A stretch of 64,000 bases of DNA, from the NCBI GenBank assembly GCA_965203805.1, contig OZ241917.1, positions 4,640,001 through 4,704,000 of the forward strand. Reading direction: 5' to 3'. A program made the position numbers and the translations under genes. This document shows positions 48,049 to 58,279 of the stretch, piece by piece. The first letter of the stretch is position 1. Each line of letters starts with the position of its first letter. The notes under the pieces were generated by a model. That model saw only the letters and a program-made list of their open reading frames with translations, had not been told where the DNA came from and searched no databases. The DNA is from Candidatus Latescibacterota bacterium. GTDB lineage: Bacteria; Latescibacterota; UBA2968; GCA-2709665.

Positions 48049-48199
48049 GGACGTCTCCTCCCTGTGGAGTGGTCTCGGTTTTTGATCGTTGGACTTTCAG
48101 GGGAGACGTCAAGAGCGGGAACCCCCGTCACAACGATCCACTTGTGTTCTATCCAAAAAACACCTGAGCGTTCTTCAGGCACTCATATCCTCTTCCTTC

Positions 48200-48325
48200 T
48201 CTCCGCCTCTTGCGGTTGCCCGCCTTTCGGGTGTTTCCGGGTTTCCTTTGTGTCTCCGTGTGAGCTGATTGTCGTTTTTGATCTTTGCTGACTGCTGAAC
48301 GCTGAAAGCTAATCGCTGACAGCTG
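48200..48325. repeat. Composite repeat (reverse orientation of the 54349-54437 and 57930-57995 modules)
   Basis: The reverse complement contains a TCAGC array followed by AGCTCACACGGAGACACAAAGGAAACCCGGAAACACCCGAAAGGCGGGCAACC. Confidence 0.75.
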
Positions 48326-48928
48326 TTATTCGATGATCTTCACCATATCGATAAGGTCGCAGGTCTCCCCGGAGTCCATCAAGACCCAGTCCGGGCGGCG
48401 GCCGGATTCGACGTAGCCGACCTTGCGGTAGACGTGGACCGCGGCGACATTGGCGGACCAGACGGTGAGGTACAGCCGGCGCGCGCCGAGCCGCCGGGAT
48501 TCGTTCTCAAGGGCGCCCATCAGGCGGGTACCGATGCCAAGTCCCCGGGCGAGGGCAATCAGCGCCAGGCCGATCGTGCAGTAGTCGTGACCGCTCTTCT
48601 GCGTGAATCCCTCGCCCATCAGGACGCCATCCCGTTCGACCAGGAGGTAACTCGACCGGTTCTGCTTCAGGCCGACCAGGGCCTGCGAGAGTTCCCGGCC
48701 CCCGGAATCAGCGTCGAGTTCAAGACGCCTGCACATGACTCTCTCACGCGAAAGCGTTCGGTGCATGTCGATGAATGCGTCCAGGTCCCGCCAGCACGGG
48801 TACCGGAAACGGGCCTCCGTTCCTTCAATCAGGAAAGAGTCAATGATGCGGCCTTCTTGCACGGCGGGTGTCCGGGTTGTCGTCACAGGAATTGCCACAG
48901 GTGGAATAGCCGGCCCAAAATAACCCAT
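48326..48928 (-). CDS. GNAT family N-acetyltransferase
   Basis: Motifs RGLGIGTRLM and LTV...N.AA..VYRKVGY. The start is uncertain and probably lies downstream of 48928. Confidence 0.8.
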   Translation of the reverse strand: MGYFGPAIPPVAIPVTTTRTPAVQEGRIIDSFLIEGTEARFRYPCWRDLDAFIDMHRTLSRERVMCRRLELDADSGGRELSQALVGLKQNRSSYLLVERDGVLMGEGFTQKSGHDYCTIGLALIALARGLGIGTRLMGALENESRRLGARRLYLTVWSANVAAVHVYRKVGYVESGRRPDWVLMDSGETCDLIDMVKIIE

Positions 48929-48981
48929 GCGTGGTGCGGGCGCAAGCCCCGCGGGATCTGTGCAAAAGTTCGTTTTAGGGC

Positions 48982-49010
48982 TTGACGCGCCTGTTTTCGG
49001 GTGTTAAAAT
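48982..49010 (+). promoter_or_regulatory. Putative sigma70 promoter
   Basis: TTGACG, 17 bp spacer, TAAAAT, upstream of 49065. Confidence 0.6.
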
Positions 49011-49064
49011 GCACGTCTACCGGAACCATGGCGGTATCCGCATTTCGGAGAAAAGGATCTGTGT

Positions 49065-50108
49065 ATGAAGACCTATCGTGTTGCAATTGTCGGACTGGGA
49101 CGCATGGGCAGTACCATCGATGAGGAAGTCGTGGGCTATCCGTCGATCACGCTGCCATATTCTGTCGCCGCGTCGTGCGTGGCGAGCGAACGTCTGGAAC
49201 TGGCGGCGGGTTCCGACCTTCTGGAAGAGAAGCGGCGGGCGTTCCGCGAGAAGTGGGGCGTGGAGGCGTTATACGAAGACTATCTGGAGATGATCGAGAA
49301 CGAAAAGCCCGATATCGTGGCGGTGTGCACGAAGGGGGTTCTGCACGCTGAGATGGGGGTGGCGGTCGCCCGGGCCGGCGTACCGATGCTTTACCTCGAG
49401 AAGGCAATGGCGTGCTCCATGGAGGAAGCCGACGCGGTCCGGGACGCCTGCAGGGAACACGGGACGGTCTTCAATACGGGCGTCCTGCGGCGGTTCGACA
49501 ATCGATACCAGGCGGCCAGAGCGCTGATCGCGCAGGGCGAAATCGGCAAGGTCAACGTGGCGCTGCACTTTGCCCGTTCGAATCTTCTGCATGGGCACGT
49601 TCATTCGATGGACACACTCTCCTATCTGCTGGGCGATCCGAAAATCGCGCGGGTGCGGGGAGAGCTCCTTCCCGGGGACCTGGCAATAGAGAACAACCGC
49701 CTGGACGACGATCCGGTCTCCAGGTATCATCTGGAATTCGAAGACGGGGTTGAGGCCTGGACCATCCCGGCGGGCCACTGGGAATTCGAGGTGATGGGCA
49801 GCGAGGGAGCGATCCGGTCGCGGAACAACGGCGTCGGCTGGGAGTTGCGCAAGGTCGAACCCGAGCCGGGACATCGTCCGTCCGTGGAAGCGGCCGCGTT
49901 TCCGGAGGTGGAAGCGCGAAGCGCGGTGGTCGCGTGTCTGGAGGACCTGGTGGCCGCCCACGAGTCTGGCGAGCTCTCGCTGGGCAACGTGGAGGTCACG
50001 CACCACATTACGGAAGCGTGTTTCGCCGTGGCCGAGAGCCACCGCCGAGGTGGGGCGCGGGTGGCGCCGACGGAAGTGGATAGAGGACTGTACATTTTTC
50101 ATGTATGA
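49065..50108 (+). CDS. Gfo/Idh/MocA family oxidoreductase
   Basis: Motifs AIVGLGRMG, PDIVAVCT and EKAMA. Confidence 0.88.
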   Translation: MKTYRVAIVGLGRMGSTIDEEVVGYPSITLPYSVAASCVASERLELAAGSDLLEEKRRAFREKWGVEALYEDYLEMIENEKPDIVAVCTKGVLHAEMGVAVARAGVPMLYLEKAMACSMEEADAVRDACREHGTVFNTGVLRRFDNRYQAARALIAQGEIGKVNVALHFARSNLLHGHVHSMDTLSYLLGDPKIARVRGELLPGDLAIENNRLDDDPVSRYHLEFEDGVEAWTIPAGHWEFEVMGSEGAIRSRNNGVGWELRKVEPEPGHRPSVEAAAFPEVEARSAVVACLEDLVAAHESGELSLGNVEVTHHITEACFAVAESHRRGGARVAPTEVDRGLYIFHV

Positions 50109-51265
50109 GCGGCGCGCCGTTACCGGAACGAGGGACTATGAAGATAACGCCATTGATTTCACCGGATGAATTCGTAGGGCTCGAAGGGATCACCCATCTC
50201 TGTACGGGAGGAGAGAGCCCGTGGCTGAAGGCGCAGGCGTCGGTCTATGCCGAATTCGCGCGCCTCAAGGGCGGAGGATACGACGGGCGGGGCGAGATTT
50301 ATGACATCGGGGACCGGTGCCGCCGCCGACTGAGCGAACTGTGGGGCGTGCCGTCGGAGCGGATCGCGTTCATGCCGTCCGCGGCGGAGGGAATCAACTG
50401 GCTGGCGCGGGGGCTGGACTGGCGGGCGGGGGATAACGTGGTAACGACGAACCTGGAGTTCCCGTCGGTCGCGTACGCCTGGAAGCAGTTGGATCACCTG
50501 GGTGTGGAGGTGCGGATGGTGCCGCACCGTGACTGGTTTGTCCACGAGTCCGATCTGCTGGCTGCCGTGGATTCGCGTACCCGGGTCCTGGCCGTGAGCC
50601 AGGTGAGTTTCTATACGGGACAGAATCTGGATATTGAGCGGCTTTCCGAGGGGACGCGGGGCAGAGGCGTGCTGCTTGCCGCGGACGTGACGCATGCATC
50701 CGGCGTGGTGCGGGTAAACGCCGCAATAACGGATATGACCGTAAGCAGCAGCTACAAGTGGATGCTGGCGACGCATGGCGTGGCGCCGTGTTATCTGAGC
50801 GAGCGGGCCGAGGACCAGATCGGGACCACGTGCTATGGCTGGAGGAACCTGGCGGTTTGGCCCGCCCAGCGCGCCGAGCGCCATCCCGACGTGGACGAAA
50901 AACCGATGCCGGACCGCATGGAGCCGGGAAATCCGGCCATGATGGTCGTGATGCACCTAGACAAGGCGCTGCAGGTGTTGATGTCGGTCGGCATCGATCG
51001 GATCGATACCCATGCGCGGGACATGTCGGAGCAGGTCAGCGCGGGGCTCGAGCGGCTCGGCCTTCCGGTGATCAGCCCATCAGAACGCGAGGCGCGGTCC
51101 GGAAACACCTGCTTTGCGGTCGACGACGCCAAGGAATTGGAGATGCAGCTGGCGTCGCACGGGGTGCTGTGCTGGGGCGAATACGGGCGCCTGCGGGTAT
51201 CCACGCATTTGTACAACGGCAGCGCGGACGTCGACAGACTGCTGGAGGTCCTCGGGCAACTGTGA
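50105..51265 (+). CDS. Class V PLP-dependent aminotransferase (cysteine desulfurase-like fold)
   Basis: Motifs EFPSV, DVTH, SSYKW and RVSTHLYN. Start at 50105 or 50138. Confidence 0.88.
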   Translation: MSGAPLPERGTMKITPLISPDEFVGLEGITHLCTGGESPWLKAQASVYAEFARLKGGGYDGRGEIYDIGDRCRRRLSELWGVPSERIAFMPSAAEGINWLARGLDWRAGDNVVTTNLEFPSVAYAWKQLDHLGVEVRMVPHRDWFVHESDLLAAVDSRTRVLAVSQVSFYTGQNLDIERLSEGTRGRGVLLAADVTHASGVVRVNAAITDMTVSSSYKWMLATHGVAPCYLSERAEDQIGTTCYGWRNLAVWPAQRAERHPDVDEKPMPDRMEPGNPAMMVVMHLDKALQVLMSVGIDRIDTHARDMSEQVSAGLERLGLPVISPSEREARSGNTCFAVDDAKELEMQLASHGVLCWGEYGRLRVSTHLYNGSADVDRLLEVLGQL

Positions 51266-51320
51266 GTCGGGTACGGCCCCGGATGGGCGGTTACTGGCCA
51301 TTTAACGGGAGAATGGCAGG

Positions 51321-52151
51321 ATGATGAAACTGGGCTGCATGTCGCTGAGCTACAAGGATCTTTTCGCGGCCGGAACGATGGACCTGGAAGGGTTTATCGA
51401 CCGGGCGTACGAACTGAGGCTGGACGGGATCGACGTCCATACGCGGGCGTTTGCGTCCACGGAGCCGGGTTACCTGCGGGATATCCGGATGCAATGCCTG
51501 AAGCGCGGGCTGGCGATTTCCTATATCGGTGTGAGCAACGATTTCGGGAGGCCGGAGCCTGATCTCGCCGGCGCGGTTGCAGAGGTGAAGGAATGGGTGG
51601 ACGTGGCGGCGTTTATGGGGGTCCCGATGGTGCGGATTTTCGCGGCATGGGTGCGCGGCGGCGCGACCGAGGAGGCGGTGTGGGCGCGGATGATGCCGTG
51701 TGTGAAAGAGGTCGCGGCATACGGCGAAGAGAAGGGTGTCGTGCTGGGCCTGCACAACCACAACCACGGGTGCGTCACCCGTACGGGAAAGGACGTGCGT
51801 CGCATCATTGAGACCGTGGACAACCCGTATCTCTCGCATATCCTGGACACCGGACAGTACGTCGGGTCGCCCGGCGCCAGCGGCGCGAACGGCAGGGAGG
51901 ATCCCGCGCTGGACTTTTACGGGAGCATCGCCGAGACGGCGCCGCTGGCCGTGCACGTGCGCGCGAAGATCTACAGGATTCAGACCGGGGAGGAGGCCTG
52001 GCTGGACTACCCCCGAATCTTTGAGATCCTCAGCGGCGTGGATTTTAACGGCTGGGTTTCAGTGGTCTATGAAGGGCAGGCCGTGGAGGCGGAGGAGACG
52101 GCGGTTCCGAAAGCGGTGGACTATCTCAGGCGGTTTGTCCCGGGAGGGTAG
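51321..52151 (+). CDS. Sugar phosphate isomerase/epimerase (AP endonuclease 2 TIM barrel)
   Basis: Motifs VRIFA, LHNHNH, LDTGQ, HVRAK and G.VSVVYEG. Confidence 0.85.
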   Translation: MMKLGCMSLSYKDLFAAGTMDLEGFIDRAYELRLDGIDVHTRAFASTEPGYLRDIRMQCLKRGLAISYIGVSNDFGRPEPDLAGAVAEVKEWVDVAAFMGVPMVRIFAAWVRGGATEEAVWARMMPCVKEVAAYGEEKGVVLGLHNHNHGCVTRTGKDVRRIIETVDNPYLSHILDTGQYVGSPGASGANGREDPALDFYGSIAETAPLAVHVRAKIYRIQTGEEAWLDYPRIFEILSGVDFNGWVSVVYEGQAVEAEETAVPKAVDYLRRFVPGG

Positions 52152-52248
52152 TGCTCTCAGGTTCCGATCAGCCGCTGGCGCCTCGACGAATCTGCGGGGA
52201 TGACCGGGCCAGCGGAGAAACGCCGGATCAGTCAGGGGGACCGGGGCA

Positions 52249-54333
52249 ATGGCCCAGGCGCGTTCAACGGATCACCGGGACCGTTCGGAAGACCCCATGA
52301 CCGCCTGCCTGCCGCGCCTGTCTGCAGCGCAGGGCACTGCGCAGGCAGGCACGCACGCGCAGGCAGGCAGGGCTTGGCGCAGGCAGGCGCGGGGCGGAAT
52401 CACCGCGCGGTCCGTGGTTCTGGGCCTGTTGACGGCGGCCGCGTCGGCCTATTACGGGATTGCCGGGTCGATGGTGCTGCACGTGGGGTCGCTGGTCAAG
52501 TCGAACTTTCCGGTTTCGCTGATCCTGGTATTTACAATCTGGGTGATCATCAATATGGTGATCGCCCGGGTTGCGCCCCGCAGCGTGCTTTCCCGCACGG
52601 AGATGATGGTCATCTTCGCCATGACGTGGATCGCGGGGATGATGCCCGGGGTGGGGTGGACGGGGTATATGACGGGGGCGCTTCCCGCGCCGCACTTCTT
52701 CGCGACCCCTGAGAATCGCTGGGCGGAACTGTTCCTCGACGAGTTGCCGCACTGGGCGTTCCCCGAACCGGTCCCGGAAATTGTGGACCGGTTCTATTTC
52801 GGGTTGCGCAAGGGGGAGAGCGTCCCGTGGTCCGGGTGGCTCGCGCCGGTGGGCTGGTGGCTGGCCGGCAGCCTCGCCATGGTTGGCGTGGCTTTTTTCG
52901 TTACGACGATCTTTCATCGCCAGTGGACCGACGCCGAGCGGTTGACCTATCCGCTGGTCAGTTTTCCCGCGGACCTGACCGAAGGGATCGGGCGCGGTCG
53001 CGCCATTCCAACCCTCTTCCGGTCTCCGGTGTTCTGGCTTGGCTTTTCCTGGACGGCCGGGATCATTTGCTGGAATATCATCACGTTCTGGTATCCGCAG
53101 GTGCCGCGCGTCACGCTGTTCGATTCGGTGAATACCAAGTGGATGGTGGTGGCGCAGAATTTCCCCCGGGTCTATTACCGGATTCTGCCGCTCGTGATCG
53201 GTCTGGGTTATCTGTGCCGCCTGGATCTGCTGTTCAGTTTCTGGTTCATGGGCCTGCTGGCGGTTGTGAAAGTGGGCGTGATGAACCGGACCGGGTTCAC
53301 GGTGGGCCTGGCGGGGCAGCCCTCCACGGGTAATGAAATCGTCAATCTGGAAAGCCATGGCGCAATGACGGTCCTGGTGGTGTGGTCGCTGTGGATGGCC
53401 AGGCGTCACCTTGCGTACGTCGGGAAGAAGGCCTGGGAAGGGGGCGGCGAGGGAGAGGGTCCGGTTTCCTACAGGACCGCGGTCGCGGGGCTCCTGATCT
53501 GCGCGAGCTTTGTCTGCGGCTTCTTCATGGCCGTGGGCCTCTCGTTCAGCCTCGCCCTGGGACAGATGACATTGATGTTCATCGCGTATTTCACGGTGGC
53601 GAAATACATGGCGGCCACGGGGTTCGGGTATCTCGTGCCCGTGGGCGGCAAGGGCGGATGGTGGCTGAAGTCCATCACCGGCACGGCGACGATGGATACC
53701 CAAAACCTGGTCGGGTTGGGGCTTCTGAACAGCAGCGTCTTTTTCGGAGGGGGAAGGCTGCAGACGATTCAGATGCTGCCGCACCACCTGAAGGCGATGG
53801 ACCATCTGAAGGCCCGCCGGGGATGGATTGGCGGGACGGTTTTTGTGGGATTCGTCGTCAGTTTCCTGGTTTGCGTGGGCTTCATCGTCTATTACTGCTA
53901 TACCGAGTCCGCGCTGTTTCTGCGGTCGTGGACGCTGTGGGAGGGGCCGCACGGCATATTCAATGGTCTGGCAACGTCCATCGGCGAAACGGACAGGACC
54001 GTATTCGACCCACAGAAGCTGGGGGTCTGGCTGTTCGGCGCGGCCGAGGCGGGCCTGCTCGCGCTGCTGCGGACGTGGTTCCCATGGTGGCCGCTGCACC
54101 CGCTGGGCCTGGCGTTCCAGTATACGACCGGCCCCAGGTACTATGTGCTGAGCATCATGCTCGTGTGGGCGGCCAAGTTGCTGATCGTGCATTACGGCGG
54201 GCCCCGGCTGTATGAGAAGGCCAAGCCGTTTTTCTACGGGACGGTGATCGGATATTGCGCTGGCATCGGCATCGCACAGGTCGTCGACCTGATCTGGTTT
54301 CCCGGTCATGGGCACGGGTTTCATAATTATTGA
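52249..54333 (+). CDS. Polytopic membrane protein (DUF6785/DUF6784-like, putative transporter)
   Basis: Many TM segments; RQW...ERL.YPL, WWPLHPLG and RLYEKAKPFF.G. Confidence 0.8.
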   Translation: MAQARSTDHRDRSEDPMTACLPRLSAAQGTAQAGTHAQAGRAWRRQARGGITARSVVLGLLTAAASAYYGIAGSMVLHVGSLVKSNFPVSLILVFTIWVIINMVIARVAPRSVLSRTEMMVIFAMTWIAGMMPGVGWTGYMTGALPAPHFFATPENRWAELFLDELPHWAFPEPVPEIVDRFYFGLRKGESVPWSGWLAPVGWWLAGSLAMVGVAFFVTTIFHRQWTDAERLTYPLVSFPADLTEGIGRGRAIPTLFRSPVFWLGFSWTAGIICWNIITFWYPQVPRVTLFDSVNTKWMVVAQNFPRVYYRILPLVIGLGYLCRLDLLFSFWFMGLLAVVKVGVMNRTGFTVGLAGQPSTGNEIVNLESHGAMTVLVVWSLWMARRHLAYVGKKAWEGGGEGEGPVSYRTAVAGLLICASFVCGFFMAVGLSFSLALGQMTLMFIAYFTVAKYMAATGFGYLVPVGGKGGWWLKSITGTATMDTQNLVGLGLLNSSVFFGGGRLQTIQMLPHHLKAMDHLKARRGWIGGTVFVGFVVSFLVCVGFIVYYCYTESALFLRSWTLWEGPHGIFNGLATSIGETDRTVFDPQKLGVWLFGAAEAGLLALLRTWFPWWPLHPLGLAFQYTTGPRYYVLSIMLVWAAKLLIVHYGGPRLYEKAKPFFYGTVIGYCAGIGIAQVVDLIWFPGHGHGFHNY
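52304..52387. repeat. 84-bp nested palindromic insert in frame within the CDS
   Basis: CCTGCCTGC...GCAGGCAGG termini. Removing it gives M-T-A-R-G-G-I-T. Confidence 0.7.
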
Positions 54334-54348
54334 AAAAAGGCAGCAGTT

Positions 54349-54456
54349 GGCTATCAGCTATCAGCGGTCAGCGTGAACAAAAAATCAGCTCACACGAAGA
54401 CACAAAGGAAATCCGGAAACACGCGAAAGGCAGGCAATCACGAGGGTTGCCCCTAC
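54349..54456. repeat. Composite repeat ending in an inverted GTAG-type REP
   Basis: GCTATCAGCTATCAGCGGTCAGC, then CTCACACGAAGACACAAAGG, then GAGGGTTGCCCCTAC. Confidence 0.75.
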
Positions 54457-54539
54457 AAACCAGGATTTAACGATCAGCCGTAAGATGAGACCGGCTCGCG
54501 AAACGGGTTTCTGATTGGCAACCGGGTGGAGGATGACAG

Positions 54540-55514
54540 ATGAAGGTCTTGTACCTGAACGTACCGGGCATGCTCCAACCGTGGTACGACGACTTCAGGA
54601 CTGCGGTCGGGGAAGGGCATACGGTCTGCCTGTACGATCCCGCGAAACCCATGGCGCCGCAGTTTCAGGACGTGGAGGTGGTGGTGGACCAGGGGGGATC
54701 GGTGGGCACCCGGGCCCTGATCGACGCCGCGCTGGCCGCGCGCGTGAAGCTGTGGCAGGTGCTGGGCACGGGGGTGGACCACGTGGATGTGGCGTATTTC
54801 CTCGAGAAGGGCCTCATGCTTGCCAATACGCCGGGCCCGTTCAGCGCGGTGGCGCTGGCGGAGCACGCGATGTTCCTGATGCTCTATTTCGCGAAGCGGT
54901 TTGACGAGCACGTGCGAAACATCCGGTCGAAGGTGTTCTACTTTCCGGTGAGCGAGGAGCTGGAGGGGAAGACGCTCGGACTTCTCGGGCTGGGCGCGAG
55001 TGGACAGGCCCTGGCGGCGAGGGCGAAAGCGATGGGGATGCGCATCGCGGCCGTGGACGCGCTAGATATACCAAGGGAAAGGCTGGATGAACTTGGGGTT
55101 GAAGTGTTTGCGCCGCCTTGGGAACTGAATACGGTACTCGCGCAGGCGGACTACGTGTCGCTGCACGTGCCGCTGACGTCTCAAACACGGCATATGATCG
55201 ATGCGCAGGCACTGGCGGCGATGAAGCCCACGGCGGTGCTGATCAACGTGGCCAGGGGCGAAATCGCGGATGAGACGGCGCTGGTCGATGCGTTGCGAAG
55301 CGGGCGCATCCGGGGCGCCGGGCTGGACGTGTTCGCCGAGGAGCCTCTGCCGCCCGGCCATCCGTTCCTGCAACTGCCCAACGTCGTCGCAACCCCCCAT
55401 ACCGCCGGGCAGACCTATGGCACGTCGAGGCGGCGAGGGGAGGCCTGCGCGGCGAACGTGAAGCGGGTCGCGCGCGGGCTGGAACCGCTGTACCGGATTA
55501 CCGGGGTGGGCTGA
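54540..55514 (+). CDS. D-2-hydroxyacid dehydrogenase
   Basis: Motifs GLGASG, INVARG, GAGLDVFAEEPL and ATPHTAG. Confidence 0.92.
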   Translation: MKVLYLNVPGMLQPWYDDFRTAVGEGHTVCLYDPAKPMAPQFQDVEVVVDQGGSVGTRALIDAALAARVKLWQVLGTGVDHVDVAYFLEKGLMLANTPGPFSAVALAEHAMFLMLYFAKRFDEHVRNIRSKVFYFPVSEELEGKTLGLLGLGASGQALAARAKAMGMRIAAVDALDIPRERLDELGVEVFAPPWELNTVLAQADYVSLHVPLTSQTRHMIDAQALAAMKPTAVLINVARGEIADETALVDALRSGRIRGAGLDVFAEEPLPPGHPFLQLPNVVATPHTAGQTYGTSRRRGEACAANVKRVARGLEPLYRITGVG

Positions 55515-55660
55515 GGTCCGCGTGCGGGATGTAGACACCGGTACGCGACTGTAATCACAGTCAACCGGACCGCCCAGTACTTATACAAATACACTTGACA
55601 AACAGTACAGCCTTGTTGTAATTTTTCGAATGTTGCGAAAAAGACAACCAAGGGGGAAGT

Positions 55661-56161
55661 ATGACAAGTATCGCTTTTCCACCAACAGTGATGGCATTCA
55701 ATCAGGGGATGGCAGGCATTGATGTACCTTGGGTTAGCGGGGAGGTTAGAGAAAAAGGCGTCAAATCCTTTGTCAAGATCGCGAGTGAAATGAACAGGGA
55801 TACGAAGCGACATATCGCGTTCCTGCGAAACACGTACAAAGAGGCGGTTAAGTATCCCGATAGAATTAAGCGCCTGATGCCCTATCAGGACATAGACGCG
55901 TCCGTCGAGTATATGGAAAATATCGAGGAAATGTTAAAGAACAGCCTGAAGACTTTCGGCCGGCTTCTCAATAGCGCCGGGCCGGAAACCGACAGCAGGA
56001 AGGTAGACGCGCTAAGTTCTTTGATAGAATCCATTAAAGCGATGATTGGAATGTGCCAGGACCTTCGATGGCATGTGATGATTCACGAGGCTCAGAACGA
56101 ACCTGCGTCAGAAAACGTCTGCGAGTCGCCGGAGGAATTTCTGAAAAAGCTGTGGGAATGA
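55661..56161 (+). CDS. Hypothetical helical protein, possibly antitoxin-like
   Basis: AT-richer ORF with an upstream TTGACA (55595) and a purine-rich RBS. C-terminus is SPEEFLKKLWE. Confidence 0.65.
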   Translation: MTSIAFPPTVMAFNQGMAGIDVPWVSGEVREKGVKSFVKIASEMNRDTKRHIAFLRNTYKEAVKYPDRIKRLMPYQDIDASVEYMENIEEMLKNSLKTFGRLLNSAGPETDSRKVDALSSLIESIKAMIGMCQDLRWHVMIHEAQNEPASENVCESPEEFLKKLWE

Positions 56162-56400
56162 TGGAATGGCAAACCACCAGCATTTGCCGATCAGATTGGA
56201 AGAGCCAGGCAGGAGATTCGCCAGACAAGCCCGGAAGTTGCCATAAAAATCCTCAATGCCGGCATCGGCCGCCTTCTCATGGCCGGTAAACATGACGTCG
56301 TATACGAATCTTTGAATCGCGCCAGGTAAACCCCACCCCAAGTTTAACGCTCCCTTGCAGGTATACGCCCCCCGCGGCTTTTCTTTACACTCCACGATTC

Positions 56401-57562
56401 TAGTACTTAATTGGTTAAATTAGAGTATTTTTCTTCAAGGGCTTTGGGTCGGACTTTTGTGGATTTCCACTCGAAGGGATGTGCGTTCTCGTTGTAGGCG
56501 TCAATGAAGTGATTGATGGCGGTGCGTAAGTCTCGAATCGAGGTGAAGGAGCCGCCTTTGAGCGCGCTTCTCCACAGGATGCTGAACCAGATTTCGATCT
56601 GGTTGAGCCAGGATGCGTGGGTGGGGGTGTAGTAGAAGTGGACATTGGGATGGCGTGGCAGCCAGCGGTCGTTCTTGGGCTTGTGGGTGTTCAGGTTGTC
56701 GAGGATGATGTGGAGTTCCTGATCGGGGTATTCGGCGACAAGTTCGTTCATAAAGCTCAGAAACTGGCGTCGTTTGCGCCTTTTGTAATGCCCGGCCTTG
56801 ACGAGGCCGGTGGCGACGTTCAATGCAGCGAATAAGGTGGTGGTGCCGTTTCTCTTGTATTCGTGGTTAAAGCCGGTCACGGCCTTGCCGTTGGGCAGCT
56901 TGAGCCATCCCTGTACCCTTTCCAACGCCTGGATCGCGGGCTTTTCATCGACGCACAAGACAATCGCATTTTTGGGAGGTTCCAGATACAACCCCACGAT
57001 GGCTGCGGCCTTGGTGGCAAATTCCGGATCGGTGCTGATACACCAGCTGCGCCTTCTGGCCAGCGAAATGCCGTGGTTGCGCAAGACCTGCCAGACATAG
57101 TGGACAGAAATTCCCAGCTTGTCGGCCAACAACGGACCGGTCCAGTTTCCATAGCCCTTGGGCGGGGCATCGTCCAAGGCCTCCAAAATGCGCTTTTCGC
57201 TTGACTGGTCGTACTTGGCAGGCTTGCCCGATCTCGCCTTGTCCTGCAACCCGGAAAGACCCGACTCGTGAAAGCGCCGGCGCCACTTGCACACCGTGGC
57301 CTCGCGCGTTCCCAGATCCCTGGCGATGTCCCGGTTCGCATCGCCCTGGGACGCTGAAAGAACAATCCGGGCGCGCAGCACATAACGGTGTTGCGTCTTG
57401 CCTGAACGTGTCCAACTCAACAGCGTCTCTTTTTCCTCGTCACGCAACGTGATCAACACGGCGGGGCGGCTCATAGGCGGTCTCCTCTCCACAGTTGAAC
57501 TGAGATCGATTCCCTATGAGCACAAGATATATTATTTCGCTTTTTTTGTCAAGTAAGTACTA
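56401..57562 (-). mobile_element. IS630-family insertion sequence
   Basis: Both ends read TAGTACTTA.TTG in inverted orientation, and both sit in CTAG with a duplicated TA (56401-2, 57561-2). An inward TTGACA-17-TATCTT promoter starts in the right end. Confidence 0.92.
56407..57474 (-). CDS. IS630 family transposase
   Basis: N-terminal HTH and DDE motifs VDEK, LDN and WLNQIE.WF. The stop codon lies inside the terminal repeat. Confidence 0.95.
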   Translation of the reverse strand: MSRPAVLITLRDEEKETLLSWTRSGKTQHRYVLRARIVLSASQGDANRDIARDLGTREATVCKWRRRFHESGLSGLQDKARSGKPAKYDQSSEKRILEALDDAPPKGYGNWTGPLLADKLGISVHYVWQVLRNHGISLARRRSWCISTDPEFATKAAAIVGLYLEPPKNAIVLCVDEKPAIQALERVQGWLKLPNGKAVTGFNHEYKRNGTTTLFAALNVATGLVKAGHYKRRKRRQFLSFMNELVAEYPDQELHIILDNLNTHKPKNDRWLPRHPNVHFYYTPTHASWLNQIEIWFSILWRSALKGGSFTSIRDLRTAINHFIDAYNENAHPFEWKSTKVRPKALEEKYSNLTN

Positions 57563-57929
57563 GACATCCTTAATCACCTCAGTCACCAGCATACCTGCGT
57601 TCCGACCTCACCCTCTGGACAAAACGATCCCCCTGGATGTTGTTACCCTGGGTCACAGTTCTTTTATGAGAAGCATGGATTGTGCGCCTCAAGCGTGTAG
57701 CCCCTGAATTCGACGAAGAGAGGCGAGACGCTGGCTCTTGGACAGACCGTATCGATTGGCTCACCGTAAACGATGCATTGAGTCCCCATGTTTCGGCGGC
57801 CAGTTGATAGTTATTCCTCTTAGGAATATAATCTATGTCAACTATTCGCTTTTGTATTGAATAGGATTCAGTTATCGTCTTGTCCGGGGACATCTCCCGG
57901 ATTCAATGCGTTTGGCCAGGAAAAAATAG

Positions 57930-58253
57930 GCTCACACGAAGGCACATAGGGAATCCGAAAACAACTGAAAGGCGGGCAACCAGAAGAGGCGGTGAGACGT
58001 GAGTCGTAAGACGGGAGATGAAGTGGGTACCTAAAGAACGGGTAGACGCAAGACGGGAGAGGGGAGAGATTGTCCGCCCGGTGTGGTTTCATTTCTTGCC
58101 GGAGGCATAAAGGAAGACTCAATCGGGCAAGGATGTCTTCTGCCGTCTACCGGCTCACGTCTTCCCGCCTTTTGGAGAGGGGGAGCAAAGCGAAATGTCT
58201 TCAAGTGATGACAGTTTCCCCCTTCCTTCGGGAAGGGGGATAGGGGGTAGGTC
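57930..58253. repeat. Composite repeat (CACGAAG module, MITE-like unit and CCCCT hairpin module)
   Basis: Matches to 11162-11295, 16456-16505, 18004-18204 and 48200-48270. Confidence 0.8.
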
Positions 58254-58279
58254 AACGTCGTCGCAACGAGGGAAGTAGA

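Noticed and set aside
57579-57893. 104-aa minus-strand ORF beside the IS
   Set aside because: It has no recognisable motif or RBS and is probably decayed AT-rich sequence.
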